Assembly: GCA_043228905.1 (NCBI GenBank)
Contig: JBHGNT010000016.1
Span: forward strand, 15,438,001-15,502,000
From: Azolla caroliniana
Lineage: Eukaryota > Plantae > Polypodiophyta
DNA length: 64,000 nt
Direction: 5' to 3'
Of this stretch, positions 47,992 through 61,543 are shown piece by piece. The position numbers were made by a program, and so were the translations under genes. The notes beneath the pieces were generated by a model. The model saw only the letters and a program-made list of their open reading frames with translations, was not told where the DNA came from and did not search any database. Each line of letters opens with the position of its first letter. Position 1 is the stretch's first letter.

Positions 47992-48626
47992 ACCCGAAAT
48001 CCGCCGAACAAGAGATAGAAGATGGAGATCGACTCGAACACATGTTCAAAGAAACCCCGATTATGACAAGGCTTAGTGGACCACAAGAGCCCCCAAGCTA
48101 CCAAAGCACATCTCAGCCTAGTCCGAAGATGGACAAAGGCAAGGCGAAAATGCCGGAATATGAAGAGGATTACTTCGATGGCAAAGAATCGACTCACTCC
48201 CTCGACAATGCATTCGGTGGCTTCGATGTACCTATCATGAGGACACATGGTGTAAAGAAAGTCATTGCCATTGCAAACGAAAAACTGTGTCGCTCCACCC
48301 GTGAGAAGAATCCTATCGATTCGGCTACAACGATTATATGGAATACCACTATGCCTTTATGATGGTGGCGATAGTTCGAGAACCGGAAAATTTTTCGGAA
48401 GTAGCCAAGTATCCACGATGGGTCGAAGCAATGAACGAGGAGATGTGGGCACTAAGCAAGAACGAGACATGGGATCTCGTTCCCCACTCACCGCACGACT
48501 CCGTCAACCGCTACAAAGCAGATGGATTTATAAGATTAAGTATAATGCCGACGGCTACGTCAACCGCTACAAAGCTCAACTCGTAGCAAAAGGATGCGCA
48601 CAAACACCTGTAGTCGACTATGAAGA

Positions 48627-51600
48627 TGTTAAGAGTCTATTACTAATCAATAGACCAAATCAAGTAAAAAGGAAGAAAATAGATTGGATAGAAGAACCCG
48701 TTCCACCCGACCACCCCCGAGCTATGATCTAGACATAGCCAACCTACCACCGACGTCCCATACCGCCGGATATTAGGATGACTAATACCTTGGAAGAGAT
48801 AAACACGATCTGTCGAGACGAAAGCCTAGCCCGCACCACCGGTGTCTACGACAGCAGCCTTCCGACGTGATGATCCTTATGAGGGTAGCTAAGCCTCATA
48901 TTTATACCATTTCCTAGGCCCCTTGAATAGATGTGCCTTTCTAAAAGGCTCTCTATTCATTGGTTGTCTAAATCATGATAGTGCATGCACATATCATTCA
49001 TTCTATCCAATCATTAGTCCCCTTTTTAATAATAGTGAACATACCCTTCACTAATGTAAATATTAGTGACCTACCCTCACCAACGTTATGTGTACATAAC
49101 ATACTCCCCTACTTCAAAAGATTGCACTCTTGCAATATAAAGTGAGGAAATTGTGCCTTAAGCGAATGCTCGCGTTCCCATGTGGCATCATCAATAGGTT
49201 TATCCATCCATTTGATCTTGAATAGCCGAATCTCTTTAGAACGTAAACGTTTAGTACGAGAATCAAGAATTCGTTCAGGAACATGAGGTTTGTAAGAAAA
49301 TCCTCTAATGTTACAAGATCTTGGATTGTGATGGTGTTATCACCAGAGCCTAAAAATGGTTTTAGACGACTGACGTGAAAAACAGGATGAATACCAACGT
49401 TACGAGGTAAGGCAAGGTGATAAGCAGATGACCCAACTCGCTTAAGGATTTCAAATGGGCCACAATATCGTGGGGCTAACTTAGCGCACTTGCCCGTAGA
49501 TAATGACGTAGAATCAGTCGGGACACGCAAAAAAACTTTTTGACCAATAGTAAATGCACGAGGACGTCTATCCTGATCAGCATAAAATCGAGCACGATCT
49601 TGAGCTGTCTTGACATTTTCTTTGGCAATATGCAACATTTGGTTCATGTCTTGCAAAAAATTGCGTGTACTATCTAATGTATCACGATGAATCGTGACAT
49701 CAACTGGGGCACGTGGCTGAAAACCATACATCAACATAAAAGGACTATATCCAGTGGATGTATGTTTAGAGCTATTATAGGCAAATTCTAAGATAGGAAG
49801 GTATTGCTCCCACTTAGAAGGGGTTTTTGCTACATAAGCTCGAAGCATGTCCTCAATAATTTGATTAACTCGTTCAGTTTGTCCATCAGACTGAGGATGA
49901 TCTGCGGAACTCATGCTCAACGTAGTTTCTAGTTTCTTAAAGACCTGAGTCCAAAAGTCACTAGTAAACTTGGAATCTCGATCACTAACAATATCCATCG
50001 GTAATCCATAAAAACGAAATAACTCATAAACAAATTGATAAGCCAACTGTTGAGCGGTTACCGTGGTTTTTGTAGGAATAAATCTAGCTAATTTTGTTAG
50101 CCTGTCAACGACAACCCATATGGCATCATGACCCCTCTGTGTACGAGGTAAACTAACAATAAAATCCATCGAGATACTTTCCCATTTATTGTTGGGAATA
50201 TCTAAGGGATGTAAAAGACCAGCAGCTTTAAGTCGTTCCGACTTATTAATCTGACATTGTAAGCATTGAGTTACGTATTTATGCACGTCAGAGCGCATCT
50301 TAGGCCAGAAAAAAGTACACGAGATGAGAACAAGTGTGCGTTGTATTCCAGGATGACCAGCAGATGGTGCATCATGACATTCATGAAAAATTTTCTGTTT
50401 AACATTTGGTAAATCTGGAACACAGACCTTTCCACTACGGTAGAGCAAACCGTTTGTAATGTGAAAGGTCGCCTTCGAGGGTAGGGTGCTAGTATCGGCA
50501 TCTAAACCAGATTCGGCTTTCGTCCAGTATTTTGAGAAATAACTGTCATCAAGGTATTTCCCTCGAAGGTGATCTAAAAGATCAGATTTTATTTCCGTGA
50601 AGCTAAGCATGTTAACTTCTTTAATGCGACTAAGAGCATCAGCAACGGTGTTCATAGAACCCTTGCGATATCGTATGGAAAAATCAAAATCTTGCATAAG
50701 GTCAACCCAACGGCCTTTACGACCAACAAGATCGGCCTGGTCACAAAAATACTTTAATGATTGATGGTCTGTTGTAACCAGAAATTTATTTCCATAGAGA
50801 TAGTGCCTCCCTGTTTTAAGTGCGTGTATCACCGCAAACAACTCTTTCTCTTGAACCGAATACCGAGATTGAGCAGCATCAAGCTTCTTACTTTCAAAAG
50901 CAATAGGGTGACCACCTTGATAAAGAACGGCACCAATAGCATAATCACTAGCATCGGTTTCAATTGAGAAAGGCTTAGAAGGGTCTGGTAATAGAAGAGT
51001 GGGAGCCTGACACACATGCTCCTTGAGTGTCTCAAATGATTTGTCAAGTTGTTCATTCCATGAAATTGGTTTGACAGACTTACGTGGATGACCTTTTAAA
51101 AGGTCAGTTAATGGCGTAGTCAATTTGGAATAGTTACGAATTGATTTTCGTAAAAATCCAACAAACCCTAAGAATGATCTAAGTTCACGAATATTACGAG
51201 GAATGGGCCAAAGTTTAACCTTTTCAATACGAGAAGGTTCAATTTCAACACCATTTTCTGTAATTAAATGACCTAGGTACACAATAGATTTTTGGAAGAA
51301 GTCACATTTTGAATGTTTTGCATAGAAAGAGTTGTCACGCAACTTTCGCAAAACAAATCGAACATGTTGAACATGATCTTGCAAGGTACGGCTATATATC
51401 AAAATATCATCCAAGAAGACGACAACAAAATCACCGAGTTGATCTCGGAAAACATCATTCATCGCTTGTTGGAATGTGGCTGGAGCATTAGTCAACCCAA
51501 ATGGCATGACTAAAAACTCATAATGGCCATAGCGCGTACGAAAAGCGGTTTTAGGAATATCATCCTCGGAGATGCGAATCTGATGATAACCAGTTCGTAA

Positions 51601-54600
51601 GTCAATTTTCGTAAAATATCGAGCCCCGTGCAAACGATCAATCAAATCATCGGCACGAGGTAATGGATATGCATTCTTAATTGTCATTTTATTCAAACGG
51701 CGATAATTGATACACATTCGCCACGAACCGTCCTTCTTCTTGACTAATAGAACTGGCGCACCCCAAGGTGATTTACTATACCTAATGTGGCCCATACTCA
51801 AGTATTCCTTAAGTTGTTTAGCGATCTCATCCTCTTCTAATCGACTAAGTCGGTTAGGTGGAATGCTCACAGGAGCAGCCCCAGGGATGAGTTCAATTTG
51901 ATGGTCCACATTACGTTTAGGTGGTAACGTAAGCGGTAATTCAGTAGGAAACACATCTTGAAAATCCTCTAAAATAGAGTCGAGTAATCATTGCTCAAAA
52001 TGTGGTAATTGTGTGGCGTCAATATTAAAATAATAAAATTGAACCGCAGGATCAATTACACACGAATAAATTAATGAACTAGAATACTCACTTAAAGATT
52101 TAGAAGACACAAGTGAATGAGAAGGAAGTTTGGAACATTGAATAAAATGTTTACAATTATTAAGTTCAAATGTGATTGAGTGATTAACCCAATCAATGGA
52201 CAAAGAAGGGTTTTTATTAAAAAACCAAGGATATCCTAAAATGACATCTGCGGATTGTAATTTCATAACATGAAAGTCAAGCTTCTCCAAATAAGTATCT
52301 ATTTGAATTGGCAGTTGACAAACAATGCCACTGATGTATTGAACGTTTCCATTTGCCATGTGAACTTGATAGATATGATCACTTGCGTTTATGTGGAGCT
52401 CCATTTGCTGCACAAAGTGATCATTAAGAAAATTGTGAGAACTACCGGAATCAAACAAGAAATGTGCTTGTGTTCCATTGATATATCCGACTGCTCGGAG
52501 TAAATCATTAGGTCCAAGTAAATGTGAAGGAAAAGTGCATTCACATAAACTTAAGTGATTGGTATGAACTTCAACAATATCAAAAGACTCACCTGTGTGA
52601 CTCGTAGATTTGTCTTGAGGAGGGGTGTTCATTGACTTCCTCTCAAGACGACGACAGGTATCCTTTGTGTGGCCCCGCTTCTTGCAATATGCACAGAAGA
52701 GGTTCGGTTTCTTTGAGTCGCGGTTAAGAGTGTCACTGGATTGCTTATGTTTCCCAATGAACTTGACATTCGGAGTTTTGGCGAACTCAGGTTTATTGTG
52801 GTCTTTCTTGGAAGTCCTATGGTATCGCAGCACAATGTTGACGGCTTCCTCGAAAGTTGTGGGGTCCTTGTCATGGACAATCCAATGATAATCCCCATTG
52901 GGAATACCATTCAAAAAACAAGCGACAAACCATTTCTCACCCGTAAGTCCCGATTTTTGGATCTGGGTCCTAGCGTGATGCACATAATCCTCGAGAGAGG
53001 TAAATGGCTTACTAGACAATGTGAGCAAGTGTTGCGCTTGTTCGGTTTGAGAAGGTGGCTGCAAGAATTGTTTCTTAAAAACATCAACGAAACCTTCCCA
53101 AGTTGTGGGTAAGTTTTTTGCGGTCCTTAGGCCACGCCACCAAGCAGCAGCTCGGCCACCTAACTCACGACCAACATAACCAATTTTTACTGCATCGGGC
53201 TTGGGATGAAGCTCAAAGTGAGACTCCCAACGACCAAGCCAAGTGCTAATGGCCTCCTCGGTTCTTTCTTTCTTATCTCCCTTGAAAGGCGTGACTACGA
53301 AGGAAGGTTCACCTTCTTTCTTGGACTCAATAGTTAATTCTTGGAATTTCTTTTCCAATGCCATATTGGCCTGTCTCATTTCGGCCAATTGATTCAAGGT
53401 AGTAGTGAGCAATTGCTCAATAGTGATCTCAGCTTGTGTGCGAGATGCGGATTGGGGTTGAGAGGTCTCATTTGGAGAGATCGTTCCAACTGCGTTCAAA
53501 ACTTGTTCCATGATGCACGCTGTGGGTATGCAATAAAATAAGGAGGTTCAGAAAATACACAAGCAAAATGAATGCTTGAAATTTTGATTGAAAGAACTTT
53601 ATCCAAGAAAGTATCTCATGTCTTTACCCCTCTAGACATATGAGATGTGATTCGAGATCCGATAACTATGGTAACACTATGGTGTTTTAAAAACCATGGG
53701 GGAAAACATAGCTAAGATGTATTTCTCGGATCTCTATCTTGAGTAATCATGGCAGCTCCCCGAGGCTCAACCATGGTTCTTACATCAATGAAATTTCCTA
53801 GATAGCCTTATATTAATGTCAACCCATCATGTATTATATGGTCGAGAAAGTGTATTACGTGAAAAAACAAGTGCACTCACAAGTAATATTCTAGTCTTGC
53901 GAGCAATAAGCAAACGTGATGATAAAATGATAAAATAAGGCACTACTCATAAGAGTTTAGTGACGAAAACAAGGGTAAAAAAAAAGAACCCATGTGTTAC
54001 CTACGAAAAAACCAATGTCACAAATAAATGGGAAGTGCAAGGTATGCACATATACATCCCAATATGATTGTTATAACTTGCACAATTGTGACATAAGCCA
54101 CAAATTGATACAAGTGATGACGGTGTTGTGCGCAAAGATGTAATACTCAAATCCATGAGTAAAACATCAATAAGGGAACTCATATGGTTTTACTCGTTTT
54201 CTAAGGCTTGATGATAAGAGTTAAACCTAGATGACCCGTTGAAAAAAAATCGTTCAACAAGCCACTCCATACGAAAAAATAGTCTACACGTAAAGGTTAC
54301 ATTAAAAATAAACGATGTAAATACTTTATACATGAAAAGGAAGTGGAAAAAGGAGAGTTAATTGTGGGCGGGTAAATAATAATTACTAGAAAATCATATA
54401 AGTGAAACAATACTTATGAAATTAAAATTTAATTAGAATAATCAACAATTAGGTGTATGGAATCAAACATGCCCTAAGATACGAAACCCTAGGGTAGTTG
54501 ACATGCACCTCCTCAAGACCACCACATATCCCTAGAATCGGCCAAGTAATGGCTAATTAAAGAGGAAAGTGGCATAGGTAAGTGACATATACCTCGTCAA

Positions 54601-56706
54601 GGCCACAACATCCCATAGAATCGGCCAATTGATGGCTTAATAGAGAGTAGAGTGGCATAGGTAGGCAACATACACCTCGTCAAGGCCACATCATCCCTTA
54701 GAATCGGCCAAGTGATGGCTCAATAGAGGGGAAGAGTGGTATACTCAACATCATATGCAAAACGGCCATGAGATAAGCGTGTGCGATTAGAGCAAACACG
54801 CTCGACCCAATGCACAAGAATAATTATTATCGTAAGAGTTCAAGAGAGGAGAGAGTGGGATATATATCGCAATATGCAAAAGGCCATGAGTTGAGCGTGT
54901 GCGATTAGTGCAAACACGCTCGGCCCGATGCATAATAATAAGTAAAATCGTAGCGTAGTAGGAGGTAGAAAGAAAGAGAATAAAACGTAATACCAATTTG
55001 ATTCGACCATAAAGAACGCATAATAGAAAAAGAGAAGAGATCAAAAAAGAAGAATACCGGGTTTAGAGTGTTGTTTTGATCCTGAGAAGAGCATGACGAG
55101 CCTTGTTAGATCCCCCTCGCTCACACGCAAAAAACATCAAAACAACAAAAAAATTGTTAGTAAAAGCTCTGATACCACTGTTAAGAGTCTATTACTAATC
55201 AATAGACCAAATCAAGTAAAAAGGAAGAAAATAGATTGGATAGAAGAACCCGTTCCACCCGACCACCCCCGAGCTATGATCTAGACATAGCCAACCTACC
55301 ACCGACGTCCCATACCGCCGGATATTAGGATGACTAATACCTTGGAAGAGATAAACACGATCGTCGAGACCAAAGCATAGCCCGCACCACCGGTGTCTAC
55401 GACAGCAGCCTTCCGACGTAATGATCCCTATGAGGGTAGCTAAGCCTCATATTTATACCCTAAGGTAGTTGACATGCACCTCCTCAAGACCACCACATAT
55501 CCCTAGAATCGGCCAAGTAATGGCTAATTAAAGAGGAAAGTGGCATAGGTAAGTGACATATACCTCGTCAAGGCCACATCATCCCTTAGAATCGGCCAAT
55601 TGATGGCTAATTAAAAAGGAAAGTGGCATATGTAAGCTACATATACCTTGTCAAGGCCACAACATCCCATAGAATCGGCCAATTGATGGTTTAATAGAGA
55701 GTAGAGTGGCATAGGTAGGCAACATACACCTCGTCAAGGCCACATCATCCCTTAGAATCGGCCAATTGATGGCTTAATAGAGAGGAAGAGTGGTATACTC
55801 AACATCATATGCAAAACGGCCATGAGATAAGCGTGTGCGATTAGAGCAAACACGCTCGACCCAATGCACAAGAATAATTATTATCGTAAGAGTTCAAGAG
55901 AGGAGAGAGTGGGATATATATCGCAATATGCAAAAGGCCATGAGTTGAGCGTGTGCGATTAGTGCAAACACGCTCGGCCCGATGCATAATAATAAGTAAA
56001 ATCGTAGCGTAGTAGGAGGTAGAAAGAAAGAGAATAAAACGTAATACCAATTTGATTCGACCATAAAGAACGCATAATAGAAAAAGAGAAGAGATCAAAA
56101 AAGAATAATACCAGGTTTAGAGTGTTGTGTTGATCCTGAGAAGAGCATGACGAGCCTTGTTAGATCCCCCTCGCTCACACGCAAAAAACATCAAAACAAC
56201 AAAAAAATTGTTAGTAAAAGCTCTGATACCACTGTTAAGAGTCTATTACTAATCAATAGACCAAATCAAGTAAAAAGGAAGAAAATAAATTGGATAGAAG
56301 AACCCGTTCCACCCGACCACCCCCGAGCTATGATCTAGACATAGCCAACCTACCACCGACGTCCCATACCGCCGGATATTAGGATGACTAATACCTTGGA
56401 AGAGATAAACACGATCGTCGAGACGAAAGCCTAGCCCGCACCACCGGTGTCTACGACAGCAGCCTTCCGACGTGATAATCCTTATGAGGGTAGCTAAGCC
56501 TCATATTTATACCTTTTCCTAGGCCCCTTGAATAGATGTGCCTTTCTAAAAGGCTCTCTATTCATTGGTTGTCTAAATCATGATAGTGCATGCACATATC
56601 ATTCATTCTATCCAATCATTAGTCCCCTTTTTAATAATAGTGAACATACCCTTCACTAATGTAAATATTAGTGACCTACCCTCACCAACGTTATGTGTAC
56701 ATAATA
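48627..56706 (-). mobile_element. Ty3/Gypsy chromovirus G inserted in Copia A RT, with an internal ~1-kb tandem duplication
   Basis: TSD GAAGA (48622-48626, 56707-56711); LTRs 48627-49101 and 56233-56706 (~4 substitutions + 1 indel seen); PBS TGGTATCAGAGC 56220-56231; PPT next to 49102; extra partial LTR 55179-55458 with a second PBS. Confidence 0.95.
49114..53511 (-). pseudogene. Chromovirus G gag-pol (gag-PR 51988-53511; RT-RH-IN 49114-51954; frameshifted chromodomain)
   Basis: [41 protein letters not shown]; premature stop at 51988; clearly homologous to element C. Confidence 0.92.
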
Positions 56707-58119
56707 GAAGAGGTGGCAAAGATGACGATTGTGCGAACCGTAATTGCACTTGTAGCGGCGAATGGGTGGCACCTCCATCAAATGGACGTAGAGAACGCCT
56801 TTCTTCAAGGCGAATTAGAAGAGGAGGTGCACATGGTACAACCACCCAACTTTGAATTGAGCATCCATCCGAAAGGAGTCTGTCGACAGAAGAAGCCACT
56901 ATACGACCTTAAGCAAGCACCACGTGCTTGGCACTCGAAGATAACACAATATCTTCATCGAATCACCTTTCGAATGTCGAAATCTGACAACTCCCTCTAC
57001 GTACGAAACAACTCTAAAAGTATGATTGTCATCATTCTATACGTGGATGATATGGTCATTGGAGGTGAGCATCTAGTCGACATTAACAAGGTCAAGTCCC
57101 TCCTCTCTAGCAATTTCGAGATGACGGACATGAAGGACCTCCATTACTTCCTTGGCATTGAGGTAATTCAGACTCCAACCGGCATTATGATCTCTCAACG
57201 GCACTACATCCTCAACTTGTTATACAAGTTCGGGATGAGTGAGTGCAAATCTGTGGCAACCCCTCTCAATCAAAACCTCAAACTGGATGCCGACCTCGGC
57301 ACGAAAGAGTGCGAGACGACTTAGTATCGACAACTAATTGGGAGTCTCATCTACCTCACGATCACTCGACCCAACCTAAGCTATCTGGTAGGCCTCCTTA
57401 GCCAATTCATGCAAACTCCACGAGATATCCATTTGGATTGTGCTAAACAAATATTACGATACGTGAGCAACACAATGGATTGTGGTATTCTCTACGAATC
57501 GGCCACATAAATTCGACTCTAAGGGTACACAGATGCTGACTGGGCCGACTACAGAGTTGATCAATGATCGACCTCCGTATTTGTTTTCTCCTTCGGTAGT
57601 GGAGCAATTTCATGGAGTAGCAAGAAGCAGCCGACAATTGCACTTTCAAGCATGGAGGCCGAATACAGGGGTGCAGTCATGGCTGCATGTGAAGCCGTAT
57701 GGATCAAGAGGATTTTGAAGGATCTAGGGGTTTCCATCAAGGATCCAACTTCCCTCTACTACGACAACATGAGCAATATTTATCTGGCTTTAAACCCGGT
57801 GTTCCATGCACACACGAAGCATATCAAAGTGCAGTATCAATTTATTTGAGAGCGCATTCAGGGGGGAGATGTCAACCTTCAACACATCAACACGAATCTT
57901 CAGACAACCGACATCTTCACCAAAGCCCTAGGAGCCAACAAGCTTCAACAATTCATGTTAGGCCTTGGATTGACGATCCTTGACTTGCCAAGCTTAAGGG
58001 GGAGTACAAGAGAGAACCGGGTACCAGTCGAAGCGGACACCGGATATCATCCGAACCGGATACTAGCCGAAGCGGACATCAACTGAAAGGAACTGACCCG
58101 AGTTGAGCTTGAGAGGGCG

Positions 58120-58931
58120 TGTTGAGAATCAAGATCAACCTAACATTGTGTGTGAACACACCGTTTGAGAATTTATGAGCACTCAAAGGTCAAGAGTCAC
58201 ACCACTCTCTACACATTAACTATGTTTCATAGAATATGTGTTGAGAATCAAGCTCAACCTAACATTGTGTGTGAACACACCCTTTGCGAATCTATGAGCA
58301 CTCAAATGTCAAGAGTCACACCACTCTCTACACAATAACTATGTGTCATAGAATATGTGTTGAGAATCAAGCTCAACCTAACATTGTGTGTGAACACATC
58401 CTTTGAGAATCGATGAGCACTCAAAGGTCAAGACTCACACCACTCTCTACACATTAACTATGAGTCATAGAATATGTGTTGAGAATCAAGCTCAACCTAA
58501 CATTGTGTGTGAACACACCCTTTGAGAATCTATGAGCACTCAAAGGTCAAGAGTCACACCACTCTCTACACATTAACTGTGTGTCATAGAATCATATTCT
58601 ATGACACATAACTAATGAATTCCATATTCCCCATGACTAATGAGTCTTCACATTCCTTAAGGATTCTAGAGAGAGAGTTGACATTGTAGTGAGTTAATGA
58701 AGAGAGAGGGTGACCTTATATAAAGCACTCTCCTCCTACTTCATATAGTGTCAGTTGTCCTCCCTAATGCTACATTTTTGTATCTCATATTCTCCTTGTG
58801 AATATACACCTTCTTGAGTATTCTATTTTCCATTCTATCTTGTGTTTTCTTTTCTCTCTTCTCTTTCCTCTCACACATACAGATAACACACATCTCTTCC
58901 ACTGCAGAAGAATCATATACGATTCTTTACA
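58120..58931 (+). repeat. Copia A 3' LTR with three extra 119-bp tandem copies of its first (U3) segment
   Basis: TGTTGAGAATC starts at 58120, 58239, 58358 and 58477; the last begins a complete 455-bp LTR. Confidence 0.93.
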
Positions 58932-59771
58932 CTTCCCCTGTTAACTTCAAACCCTGTAAGGACTCCCACACAACTTTCCCCTTCACACCGCAAGCTACCA
59001 CAATACTGAGACTTCTACCCCAAATGCTAATCGCATCTGCACAATTCCAGAAACAATGAGGGATTGATTCCAAAGTGTGCCCACATAACTTGCAACCAAC
59101 TTCCCCACCACAACACCTCATTCATTCCCCTATAGGTATCGCCTTAATGCTAAGAAGCCATAACCAAACCTTTATTTTTTCTAGCATATCCAACGCCCAT
59201 AGTCTCTTCCAAAACAACTTCAAGAAGTCATTTATATGCCATTATCCCTCCACAGATTGTGAGTCTGAGCAATGCCCACTGATTTAGAGGCAATGATTTG
59301 CCTTCCCAACTTAGTAATGTACTCAGAAAACCCTTCCAGTTTGCTCCTTCCCAGTTTCTGCCACCATACCTCCGGTGGATCCCACTCCAAATCACATAGG
59401 GGCTTGTTGTCAAAAACCCGTAGTTTACAATGATTATCTAGATTCCTTGGGTTCGGGTTCACTTGCGACTTCTTACCCTCCAACACTGCAACCCACACTA
59501 TCAACCACATGTCGTTGTCAGAAAAAGCACTTAGGTTTCCCCACAAGCGATGCTCATTAGTTGTGCACCTACCACGGATAATTTGTGCATCACCCTCACC
59601 TACAAACCAACAAAAACAAACCCCCTCTTCCTCGTTCAACCTATCAAAACCATCAACAACCTTATCTATGATGACATTAGTATTGTCTAAGCTGGTTAAT
59701 ACAGTTAGTGAGTCATCTTTATTTAAGGAAGCAAATAGGATCTTGTATTTGGATCAAGAAAAACAACAAGG
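58932..59771 (-). pseudogene. LINE2 (L1-type) ORF2 C-terminal region (zf-RVT)
   Basis: DLEWDP motif and CKLCGHTLESIPHCFWNC zinc finger, paralleling LINE1; cut at 59772 by Copia H. Confidence 0.8.
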
Positions 59772-59834
59772 TGTTACAAGTGAGGAGGAATGAGATTCTA
59801 TGTACAACTCAGAGATTGAACAAGAAGTTGATGG

Positions 59835-59895
<61 letters not shown>

Positions 59896-59897
<2 letters not shown>

Positions 59898-60428
59898 ATT
59901 ATCGTCTTCGGAGGTCAAATATGACCTATGAAACCAAAAATATTACATTTTATGTGATACGTGTGAAGGTGAGTAGCAACTCTCGATATTCAAGAACTTT
60001 ACCAATGAATGTTGCAATCAAGAGTGCACATCATGGTTGTGAGAGAAATTCGTGCAAGGATTGGGCTCGATCGAAGAGATGTGGAAAGCATGGTCGAATA
60101 TGATCAAAGGCAGAGCATTGTATCAAAGTGTGATACTCAGTCTCTCGAACTTGTTTAGGGCAAATTGTGCATAGTCGGCCACTCTCATCACTTGTGCCCC
60201 AACGCCCCATCTCACATTTCAATGCGTGCGAGCTAAGTCGCATGGAAGCAATGGTTCGAATGGCAGATATCGGGATGGGCTCTAACATGTATCAATGTGT
60301 ACGGCTTCCCCGTTCCGCGAAGAATATGGTTTTGTAGTTAGGTGCAACATTTGTAGTATAATGTGTGAAGCGTGAGACACCACATTTGTACCATGTCATG
60401 ATACATTGGCGTTGCAAAAAGGATTCAT
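59896..60428 (-). mobile_element. 5'-truncated non-LTR retrotransposon fragment (RTEX/L2-like C-terminal zinc finger) inside the Copia H LTR
   Basis: RLSSHALKCEMGRW...RLCTIC...ETEYHTLIQC; flanked on both sides by TTAC(AG)nATT. Confidence 0.7.
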
Positions 60429-61543
60429 TTACAGAGAGAGAGAGAGAGAGAGATTGCTCGAGAGACACGATTTTACATTAACAAGCCGTTTACAATCCTC
60501 AGTCTCTCATATATATAGTTGGGGTAACTAAGCCCTAACTATGGAGACGTGTTCACAGTAGAATACAAATGGGTAGAGTGGAACTTTTAGCCCAACAAAC
60601 TCCCCCGTAAAAGGACTACTCTACTTGCATACAATGATATGGGGTTATCTCCCCCATAAGCCTGAATGAAAACTTAAATTTAAACTATAGTGTATGGTAC
60701 AAGCTGATCGGCTGGTAGCAGAATCAATAGAGTTGGATTCGGCTTTTGGCCATTTGGCATTCTACTTCCTTTGTCGGCCGGTAATCATATCTCCTTCTGG
60801 ATCGGCGATTGGCTTTTGGCTTCTTTCTCCCTTAGATCATCCTTTGTCCTTTTAGATTCCTCAAGTTCAGCTATGTCTTCAACCGTTCGACTATTCAGTT
60901 CCTTTGACTTTGCCAATTCGGCTTGTTTGGTCGTGCCATTTTTCGACTCACCTTCTATTGCATCAGATTCGGCTTTGTTTTGCTCATCTTCCTGTTGTGG
61001 TTCCATTTGTCCTCTTAGTGTGTTGAAATGTTGATCTAGGTGTGGCTTCGTTAGGCTATCGGCGATGTTCACCTCGATATCCACTTTCTGGACTTCCAGC
61101 TTCTTGTCGGTGATGAGCTCCCGGATATGGTGGTAACTCACCTCAATATGCTTTGTCTTAGCATGGTAGATCGGATTTCGGATGAGGTGTATTGCACTCT
61201 ACGTGTCACAATATAAGGTAGGTGTCGGATGGTCGATTCATCTTTTAGCCGAAAAAACGGCCTACAGTTGGTGCAACCACATGGCTTCGTTGGCTGCTTC
61301 CAATGCAGCTATATACTCGACCTCTGTTGTTGAGAGTGTCGTGTAGTCTTGTGTTGTGCCGTAGGTAAAGACATAACCTGACGTGGATTTCCGATTTTCG
61401 GGGTTGTTAGCATAATTAGAATTTGTATAGCCTTCGTCTTCGGTCAGATTATCTGATCTGAAAGTCAACTGCAAATTTTCAGTGCCTCGTAGGTACTGGA
61501 ATATGTTTTTCATAGCTTCCTAATGCTTTTGTCTAGGATTTTA

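Larger units (their letters stand above)
45240..57970 (+). pseudogene. Copia A gag-pol, heavily disrupted and split by a solo LTR and chromovirus G
   Basis: MNTQMGSALP.. gag start, WFVDSGASNHMT protease, HSDVW integrase, MDVENAFL/YVDDMV RT, EAEY..KHIKV RNase H; many stops and frameshifts. Confidence 0.9.
18571..58931 (+). mobile_element. Ty1/Copia element A (outer host of a 40.4-kb nest), decayed
   Basis: 5-bp TSD CTTCC (18566-18570, 58932-58936); 5' LTR 18571-19030; degenerate Met PBS at 19031; gag-pol fragments 45240-48626 and 56712-57970; PPT before 58120; 3' LTR 58120-58931. Confidence 0.93.
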
